Source: Acidimicrobiales bacterium (lineage in GTDB: Bacteria > Actinomycetota > Acidimicrobiia > Acidimicrobiales > Salinilacustritrichaceae). From it: a DNA stretch of 64,000 nt. Positions 58,062 to 64,000 of the stretch are shown here, piece by piece. The notes below the pieces were generated by a model. The model searched no databases and was not told the origin of the DNA. It worked only from the letters and a program-made list of their open reading frames with translations. The stretch is taken from contig JBBKVY010000095.1 in NCBI GenBank assembly GCA_037968675.1, positions 7,294 to 71,293 of the forward strand, written 5' to 3'. The translations under genes were made by a program, and so were the position numbers. Every line of letters begins with the position of its first letter. The first letter of the stretch is position 1.

Positions 58062-58961
58062 TCACTCGACGCGACCATCGGGCCACGATGTCTCGGGGAT
58101 GCCGAGGTGGTCGAGCGTCGCTTCGAGCTCTCGTCCGAGCTCTCGTGGCAGGTGTTCGAGGGCCTGCCGGCGGAGCATGGAGAGCGGCGGGCAGCGAGTG
58201 AGCACGAATCGTGCGAAGGCGCCTTCGTCGAGCCAGCGTGCATCGTCGGCGGTCAGTTCGGGCACGTCGAAGCTGCCGTTGACCACGAGGGTCCGCAGGC
58301 GATGCCACGTGCAGACCCGGACGAACGCCGTCGCCGCATCGATCATCTCGTCGCCATCGGACGCAGGGTCGCCGTCGCCGCCGAGCACGCCCAGGGCGGG
58401 GTGGGCACGAGCGATCTCGGACCACGCCGAGGGCGACGCGCCACCGAGGATCGCGGACAGCCATTCGATCGTCCAGTAGACGTCGGTTCCACACGGCGGT
58501 GGTGCGGTCGGGAGCCCGAGCGCCAGCCGGAGCAGGTCGATCTGCTCGCCGACGACCTCCTCGCCGTCGAGTCGCTCGGTCAGGGTCGGGTCGTCGTGGA
58601 CGACGGTCCGGTGCGCGACCTCGCCGCTGCGGGACAGGAGGGTGACGGAGTGCACGCGCTGTCGACGTGGGGCCAGCGCCGCCCGGTCGCCGACGTCGTA
58701 GGCATAGCCGGCGGTCGCCGACCCGAGGGCGTACCAGCTCGCCGGTGCGACGAAGCCGAGGAGGAAGTCGCCAGGGTGACAACCCCCCAAGTCCTTGAAC
58801 CCGAGTCGGAGTCCGTCGTGGCTCGGTGCCACATGCAGCAGCGACGGTGGCATGTTGCCGCTGGCCAGGTCGTCGGCGATCTGGTGGGTGAGCAGGTGCA
58901 GCGAGGCGTCGACGGCCGACGGGTCCGGCGCCGAGGGCGACGACGTGGGTGAGCGGGACAT
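58062..58961 (-). CDS. Hypothetical protein
   Basis: 299-aa ORF with globular composition (HPGDFLLGFVAPASW...ARWLDEGAFARF). SD GGAAGG. Confidence 0.78.
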   Translation of the reverse strand: MSRSPTSSPSAPDPSAVDASLHLLTHQIADDLASGNMPPSLLHVAPSHDGLRLGFKDLGGCHPGDFLLGFVAPASWYALGSATAGYAYDVGDRAALAPRRQRVHSVTLLSRSGEVAHRTVVHDDPTLTERLDGEEVVGEQIDLLRLALGLPTAPPPCGTDVYWTIEWLSAILGGASPSAWSEIARAHPALGVLGGDGDPASDGDEMIDAATAFVRVCTWHRLRTLVVNGSFDVPELTADDARWLDEGAFARFVLTRCPPLSMLRRQALEHLPRELGRELEATLDHLGIPETSWPDGRVE

Positions 58962-59087
58962 GGGGTGCCTTCCGGGAGCAGGTGCGGCCGCAACGGCGGC
59001 GAGGGCACGGGTCCTCGTGGGACCGGGCCAGGAAGGCGGATCGCTCCGCGAGTCACCGAGGATCGCAGGCACGCCGACGCACGTCAA

Positions 59088-59118
59088 GGGTCTCGTCACG
59101 AGTCTCGTGTCGGGACCC
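59088..59118. promoter_or_regulatory. 31-bp near-perfect inverted repeat between divergent hypothetical genes
   Basis: GGGTCTCGTCACGAG-T-CTCGTGTCGGGACCC, directly 5' of the -10 TAGCCT at 59120. Confidence 0.6.
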
Positions 59119-59131
59119 CTAGCCTCGACGG

Positions 59132-60445
59132 ATGCCCGCTCGTCGCTCGTTCCGCCGTCGATCTGCCCGGATCCTCGCACCCGTGTGGCCGGCGGACGAG
59201 CCCGGGCTCCCGCCGCTCGAAGGCATCGTTCCTGCGCTCGGATCGTTCGACCGGATCGGCGATGCGTCGCCGCTCGACATCGAGTTGCGGGCATCGGAGT
59301 TCCTCGGACACCTCGGTGCCGGGAGTCTCGAGGCACTGCCGCCGGGAGAACCCGACCACGAGGAACTGCTCAACGGGTTGATCGAGCTCAGCCTCCACCA
59401 CCTCGACGAGTCACCGCCCAGGGTGATCGTCGACTTCTGTTGGGTCATCGACGCGTTGGACCCGGGGTACATCCAATGGCCGCTGCACGATCGCCTGCAG
59501 TCCGACGCGCTCCCCAGCGTCCCGGTGTGGCTCATGGCCGTGGGGCAGGCGACACCGACCGGGGCCTGGAGCGTCGGACACGAGTCCGGCGACGGCTTCG
59601 ACGTCGTGATCACCGCTCGGCACCCTGGATCCCCCGCCGACCACGTCCTGGCGGTCTACATCGACCGAACGCTCGGGGGTCTGGCCAAGGACGTGCTGGT
59701 CCATCCCGACGCCGAGAAGTTCCTCGACCTCGCCGCCGCCGACGACGCGATGATCGTCACCCGGCTCGACCTGGGCACGGCGGGAGCAACCATCGACGAG
59801 GCGATCGACGCCACCTTCGAAGCCGGCTCGATCGTGCCGGTCTCCGAGACCTTCACCCCGTTGTTGTCGATCGTCGAGCACTACGTCGCCAAGTTGCCGA
59901 CCGACGGCACCGCAGTCGTCCTGCCGGCGCCATCGACGCCGGCCGAGCAGGCCGCCCTGGTCGATGCCTTCCTGGCGTCCGAGTCGGGTGCCACCCACGC
60001 AGCCGACCGCGAGGCGCTCCTCGCGGCCGTCGAGTTCGTGGTGGACGAGGTCGGGGGAGAGGCGGCGCGCTGGTCGCCCGTGGTGGTCCACCTCGTGTTG
60101 GCCGGTTGGCTTCCCCGATCCGACCTCGACGACGCTGCGTTGGAGCGCTTCGGTGACTTGCTGCGCGCCTTCGTTCCCTGGGTCCACGTCGAGCGGGGCT
60201 GGGCCGATCGCTATGTCGCCGACACGATCGCGATCATCGACACCGTCGAGCACGAGGTCGACGATGCCCAGTCGTCCGGCCGGGTCGAGATCCTCGACCG
60301 GGCCGTCGCCGCCGGTGTCGACCTCGACGACGAGGCCGCGCTCGACGCATTCCTCGACGAGTACCTGGACGATCAGGCCCCGGTGGGTGGGTCGTCGGCC
60401 GGTTCGTCGAGTGGTTCGTCAGGTGGGTCGTCGGGCGGCGAGTAG
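59132..60445 (+). CDS. Hypothetical acidic protein
   Basis: 437 aa (VLAVYIDRTLGGLAKD; RWSPVVVHLVLAGWLPR). The ATG lies 6 nt after TAGCCT. Confidence 0.78.
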   Translation: MPARRSFRRRSARILAPVWPADEPGLPPLEGIVPALGSFDRIGDASPLDIELRASEFLGHLGAGSLEALPPGEPDHEELLNGLIELSLHHLDESPPRVIVDFCWVIDALDPGYIQWPLHDRLQSDALPSVPVWLMAVGQATPTGAWSVGHESGDGFDVVITARHPGSPADHVLAVYIDRTLGGLAKDVLVHPDAEKFLDLAAADDAMIVTRLDLGTAGATIDEAIDATFEAGSIVPVSETFTPLLSIVEHYVAKLPTDGTAVVLPAPSTPAEQAALVDAFLASESGATHAADREALLAAVEFVVDEVGGEAARWSPVVVHLVLAGWLPRSDLDDAALERFGDLLRAFVPWVHVERGWADRYVADTIAIIDTVEHEVDDAQSSGRVEILDRAVAAGVDLDDEAALDAFLDEYLDDQAPVGGSSAGSSSGSSGGSSGGE

Positions 60446-61020
60446 CGAGCACCGACCTCTGCACATGCTGATCGGAGCTGGCGCTCGACGAAACTCGGAT
60501 CGAGCGGATCCTCGGACATCAGCCGCCGGAGGAAGAATGGCCCGACGAGTCGCTCCATCACCCCCGGGATGTCGTGCTCGTCGTCGATCTCGCCCCGATC
60601 GACCGCGCGCACGAACAGTTCGCCCAACTCGCCTCGACGGCGGGAGTTGAAGTCGATCAGCGCACGTCGGAGGTCGTCGTCGTGCGCGCTGGCACCGATG
60701 AGCGACGGGAGCATCGCTCCCCAGGCCTCCTCGGTGAGGCCCTCGGCGAGCATGGTGAGCTTGTGGCGCAGGTCCGCAACCAGGTTTCCGTGGTCAGGCA
60801 TGTCGTCGACCCAGCAGACGACGGCGAACGCCTGGCCGAGGAGGTCGGCCCGGTCGGGCCAGTGGCGGTAGATGGTCGACCGCGCCACGCCGGAGTGTTC
60901 GGCGATGCCGTCGATGGTGATCCTCTCGAATCCTTCCTGCGCGAGGAGTTCGGCTGCGGTCTTCACGACCACGGCGCGCGTGCGTTCGACGCGTGGATCG
61001 ACACGAGTGCTCGGGGTCAT
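60373..61020 (-). CDS. TetR/AcrR family regulator
   Basis: HTH ITIDGIAEHSGVARSTIYRHW. ATGA coupling to the MFS gene. Confidence 0.92.
   Translation of the reverse strand: MTPSTRVDPRVERTRAVVVKTAAELLAQEGFERITIDGIAEHSGVARSTIYRHWPDRADLLGQAFAVVCWVDDMPDHGNLVADLRHKLTMLAEGLTEEAWGAMLPSLIGASAHDDDLRRALIDFNSRRRGELGELFVRAVDRGEIDDEHDIPGVMERLVGPFFLRRLMSEDPLDPSFVERQLRSACAEVGARYSPPDDPPDEPLDEPADDPPTGA
60387..60434. repeat. Four degenerate 12-bp tandem repeats in a convergent gene overlap
   Basis: GTGGGTCGTCGG CCGGTTCGTCGA GTGGTTCGTCAG GTGGGTCGTCGG. Confidence 0.7.
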
Positions 61021-62579
61021 GTGCCCGATCCTGCCCGAACGGCCGTGTCCTCGGTCGTCGGGGTGGATCGACCCTCGGGATGGAAGATCCAGACCACGAT
61101 CGCGGTGACGAGGCCGACGCCTGCGGCCGTGAGGAACGTTGCGTGCAGACCGTCGATGAACGCGTCGTTGGCGGTCTGGAGCAGTTGTGCGGCGGCCTCC
61201 GGTGGGGCCCTGTCGGCTGCGAACACCGCGCCGCCGATCGAATCCTCGACGAAGCCACGGAACTGCTCTGGGACGAAGGTGAGCACGGGCTGGATGCCGT
61301 TGCGGTAGCCCTGCGAGAGGATCGAGCCGAGGAGGGCGATACCGATCGCGCCGCCGACTTCTCGCGTCGTGTCGTTGACGGCGGAGCCGACACCCGCCTT
61401 GTCGTCGGGGAGCGACGAGACGATCGCCTCGGTCGACGCCGGCATGAACGCCGCCAGACCGGCCGCCATGAGCACCAGGGCGAGCGCGATCCAGAGGTAG
61501 TCGGTGCCCGGGGTGAATCGGGAGGCAACGAGGAAGCCGGTGGCCTGGAGCACGAGCCCACCCGTGACCACGGCTCGTCGTCCGATGCGCTCGCCCAGCT
61601 TGGGTGTGCGGGGCGAGACGATGATCATCGTCACCGCGAACGGAAGGGTGCGGACCGCTGCGCCGAGGGCCGAGTGGCCGAGCACGAACTGGAGGTACAG
61701 GGTCAGCACGAAGAACATCCCGAACATGACCGCGAAGCCCATGGTGATGGTGAGCGAGCCGATGCTGAACTCCCGGTTGCGGAAGAAGCGGGGATCGAGC
61801 ATGGGGTCCTTGTGTTGCAGCTCCCACACCACGAAGGCCACGACGCCCACGATCGCCACCACGAACGCACCGACGACGGTGATCGAGGTCCAGCCCTTCT
61901 CCGGACCCTCGATGATGCCGAAGACCAGCGAACTGAGACCGAGGATCGACAGCCCGGCGCCCACGGGGTCGAGCTTGCGCTGCTGTCGGTCGCGAGAGCT
62001 GGGGACGAGACGGGCGATCAGCACCGCCGCCAGCACCACGATGGGCACGTTGACGAAGAACACCGAGCCCCACCAGAAGCGCTCGAGCAGCAGGCCCGAC
62101 ATGAGCGGTCCGATCGCCCCGCCGGCGCCGGCGAAGCCGGCCCACACGGCGATCGCCTGGCCGCGCTCGTGCGGCGGGAACACGTTGGTGATGATCGACA
62201 GCGTCGCGGGCATGATCAGCGCGGCGCCGATGCCCATGCCGGCGCGCAGGGCGATCAAGGGCTCCGGTGCCTCCATGAACGATGCGACGATCGCCAGCGT
62301 CCCGAAGATGCCCATGCCCGAGAGAAGCGCGCCCTTGCGCCCGTAGCGGTCGCCGATGGCGCCGGCCGGCAACAGCAGGCCGGCGAACACCAACGCGTAG
62401 GAATCGAGGATCCAGAGCTGTTGGGTCTGGGTCGCCTCCAACGCCTCGACGATGGACGGGATGGCGACGTTGAGCGAGGAGACGCTGGCGACGATGAGCA
62501 CCAGGCTGAGGCACAAGACGCTGAGGATCGCCTTGCGTTGCGGATGCCCCTCGGCGGGGTCGAATGTGGTGTGGGACAT
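61017..62579 (-). CDS. DHA2 (14-TM) MFS efflux transporter
   Basis: WILDSYALVFAGLLL, GDRYGRK, RAGMGIGAALIMP, WWGSVFFVNVP and GSAVNDTTREVGGAIG. Confidence 0.93.
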   Translation of the reverse strand: MSHTTFDPAEGHPQRKAILSVLCLSLVLIVASVSSLNVAIPSIVEALEATQTQQLWILDSYALVFAGLLLPAGAIGDRYGRKGALLSGMGIFGTLAIVASFMEAPEPLIALRAGMGIGAALIMPATLSIITNVFPPHERGQAIAVWAGFAGAGGAIGPLMSGLLLERFWWGSVFFVNVPIVVLAAVLIARLVPSSRDRQQRKLDPVGAGLSILGLSSLVFGIIEGPEKGWTSITVVGAFVVAIVGVVAFVVWELQHKDPMLDPRFFRNREFSIGSLTITMGFAVMFGMFFVLTLYLQFVLGHSALGAAVRTLPFAVTMIIVSPRTPKLGERIGRRAVVTGGLVLQATGFLVASRFTPGTDYLWIALALVLMAAGLAAFMPASTEAIVSSLPDDKAGVGSAVNDTTREVGGAIGIALLGSILSQGYRNGIQPVLTFVPEQFRGFVEDSIGGAVFAADRAPPEAAAQLLQTANDAFIDGLHATFLTAAGVGLVTAIVVWIFHPEGRSTPTTEDTAVRAGSGT

Positions 62580-62581
62580 GG

Positions 62582-62618
62582 TGTTGCACTCTAGGACAGA
62601 GTGTCCGACTGTGCAACA
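62582..62618. promoter_or_regulatory. Putative TetR operator over the MFS promoter
   Basis: TGTTGCAC-TCTA-GGACA-GAG-TGTCC-GACT-GTGCAACA inverted repeat covering the minus-strand -10 TAGAGT. Confidence 0.7.
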
Positions 62619-62636
62619 GTCTGTAGCAGAAGTTCC

Positions 62637-63182
62637 TCAGTCCGGCTGATCGCTGTAACGGCGTACGTCGGCGAGGAAGTCGTCGCGTTCGCTGCCGATC
62701 AGCCCCCGGGCGAGCAGCTCGAGCTCGTCGATCTCGACGCACGCGGCCTTGACCATCGCTGCGATGTCCACGGCATCCTTACCGCGAGCAGAGAACGTCT
62801 TGAACGCCGCCAGGTCGATGCACGCCAGCACAGGGATCTCGACGCCCTCGAACGGCTGCCGCCGGATCTGCAACTCCACCCGACCGTGGAACGGGTGGTT
62901 CGAGAGGAAGATGTCGACGGGCGTCCTGTCCCAGAAGAGTCGGGACTGGCCGTCGTGTCGGATCTGTCGACGGGTGGACTCCGTGACCTCGATGTCATCG
63001 GGGAGCGCGGCGAGAACGTCGCCGAGCCGTCGTACGCCGACGAAGACGTTCACGTCGATGTCGTCGGTGCCACGAGGGTCTCGTGTGCAGTACGCCAGCG
63101 CGATCGCTCCGCCGAAGGCGTGGGGGAGACCGGCCACCTCGAGGTGACGGTGGAGCTCGACGATTCGTTCCGTGAACCGCAT
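62637..63182 (-). CDS. Nucleotidyltransferase (AbiEii/DUF1814/MenT-like), putative toxin
   Basis: FGGAIALAYC..PRGTDDIDVNV (GG.A...R.T.DID NTase motif) and C-terminal K...RGKDAVDI. Confidence 0.78.
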   Translation of the reverse strand: MRFTERIVELHRHLEVAGLPHAFGGAIALAYCTRDPRGTDDIDVNVFVGVRRLGDVLAALPDDIEVTESTRRQIRHDGQSRLFWDRTPVDIFLSNHPFHGRVELQIRRQPFEGVEIPVLACIDLAAFKTFSARGKDAVDIAAMVKAACVEIDELELLARGLIGSERDDFLADVRRYSDQPD

Positions 63183-63186
63183 CTGG

Positions 63187-63507
63187 TCACCCGAGCAGAT
63201 CTCGGAGGACGGGATACCGGAGCTCGCGCTCGTGGTGCTGTGGGAGCGCCTCTGCCAGGTCGAGGACGTCGCGCAGCCGGCGTGCGTTGTCCGCCGGATC
63301 CGGCCGCCGGCCGTCGAGTTCCACGGCGATCCTGAGCTTGGCGCCGGTGGCGTCGACGATCCGCTGCAGCGTGTCGACCCTCGGGGTGCGCGCACCGCTC
63401 TCGTAGAGGCTCACTGCAGGCCCAGAGGTGCCCGCTCGCTCGGCCAACTGGCGTTGGCTCAGGCCCGCCCACGCTCGACTCCGTCGGATGATCTCGTGTG
63501 CCTCCAT
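63187..63507 (-). CDS. XRE-family HTH protein, putative antitoxin
   Basis: AGLSQRQLAERAGTSGPAVSLYESGARTPRVDTL. It ends 4 nt before the NTase start. TACCAT lies 6 nt before the ATG. Confidence 0.88.
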   Translation of the reverse strand: MEAHEIIRRSRAWAGLSQRQLAERAGTSGPAVSLYESGARTPRVDTLQRIVDATGAKLRIAVELDGRRPDPADNARRLRDVLDLAEALPQHHERELRYPVLRDLLG

Positions 63508-63517
63508 CGGGTCATGG

Positions 63518-63531
63518 TATCGGAACCGATA
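63518..63531. promoter_or_regulatory. Palindromic operator at the XRE-NTase promoter
   Basis: TATCGG-AA-CCGATA overlapping the -10 hexamer at 63514-63519. Confidence 0.6.
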
Positions 63532-63594
63532 GCGATCTCCCGTCGCTCCTGAGGTTGGTGAGGATGCGAAGTCTTGCTACTGTCGTCGGTCCGC

Positions 63595-63671
<77 letters not shown>

Positions 63672-63675
63672 AACC

Positions 63676-63709
63676 AAAAGCCCGGTTCCTTCACAGGTTC
63701 CGGGCTTTT
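63676..63709 (+). terminator. Intrinsic terminator after the tRNA
   Basis: AAAAGCCCGG...CCGGGCTTTT. Confidence 0.85.
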
Positions 63710-63768
63710 GCAATTTTCTGGGGCGGTGTTCGGCTGGATCGTGCCCGCCGAGGTGGTAAGAGGTGGGG

Positions 63769-64000
63769 ATGGAAGACACAGCGGTGATGCAGGTTTGTCG
63801 GAAGTCGTGGCGTTGCGTGGAGGAGCACGACAAAGATGGCTGGCTTGCCTTGATGGCTGACGACATCTGCATCGAGGATCCGATCGGCGAGGCGATCACC
63901 AATCCCGACGGTCTGGGCGTGCGCGGCAAGGAAGCGGTCGCAGCGTTCTACGACGCAAACATCGCTCCGAACCAACTCAAGATGGACTGCCACGAGACGT
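63769..64000 (+). CDS. NTF2/SnoaL (ketosteroid-isomerase-like) protein, truncated by the window end
   Basis: HDKDGWLALMADDICIEDPIG...RGKEAVAAFYD. Confidence 0.82.
   Translation, partial: MEDTAVMQVCRKSWRCVEEHDKDGWLALMADDICIEDPIGEAITNPDGLGVRGKEAVAAFYDANIAPNQLKMDCHET

Overview
High-GC actinobacterial chromosomal window. The gene set (two WhiB genes, SenX3/RegX3, UPF0182, 'LVAAACGDDD' lipoproteins) suggests class Acidimicrobiia (inference). It holds about 62 genuine CDS and one initiator tRNA-fMet. I see no integrase, transposase, rRNA or CRISPR array, and most long ORFs in the supplied track are antisense shadows. Main blocks in order: DUF368 and an acyl-CoA ligase; sdhCAB with an SGNH hydrolase; a methyltransferase-GH2 pair; a chelatase-like ATPase and its VWA partner, split by hup and a SigB/SigF-type partner-switching module; whiB-sigE-like-anti-sigma-whiB-htrA; a phosphate island (ppk1, NUDIX, PHO boxes, pstSCAB, two phoU, senX3-regX3); a dispersed DUF2342/epimerase/MoaE/YlbL/UPF0182/tRNA-fMet cluster containing mreB, a Liv-type ABC operon with an embedded acyl-CoA synthetase and a DivIVA fusion; and an accessory block ending in an XRE/nucleotidyltransferase pair. 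The strongest oddities are: (1) the pst operon's PstS appears circularly permuted, with an extra Cys pair and enlarged PstC/PstA loops; (2) a DivIVA protein ends in a phage MuF-like domain; (3) a candidate nucleotidyltransferase toxin-antitoxin pair with a palindromic operator sits head-to-head with tRNA-fMet; (4) PHO-like 11-bp repeats lie just upstream of whiB; (5) many genes appear leaderless, including one whose expected start position holds ATC. All family assignments come from motif recognition by eye, with no database searches.
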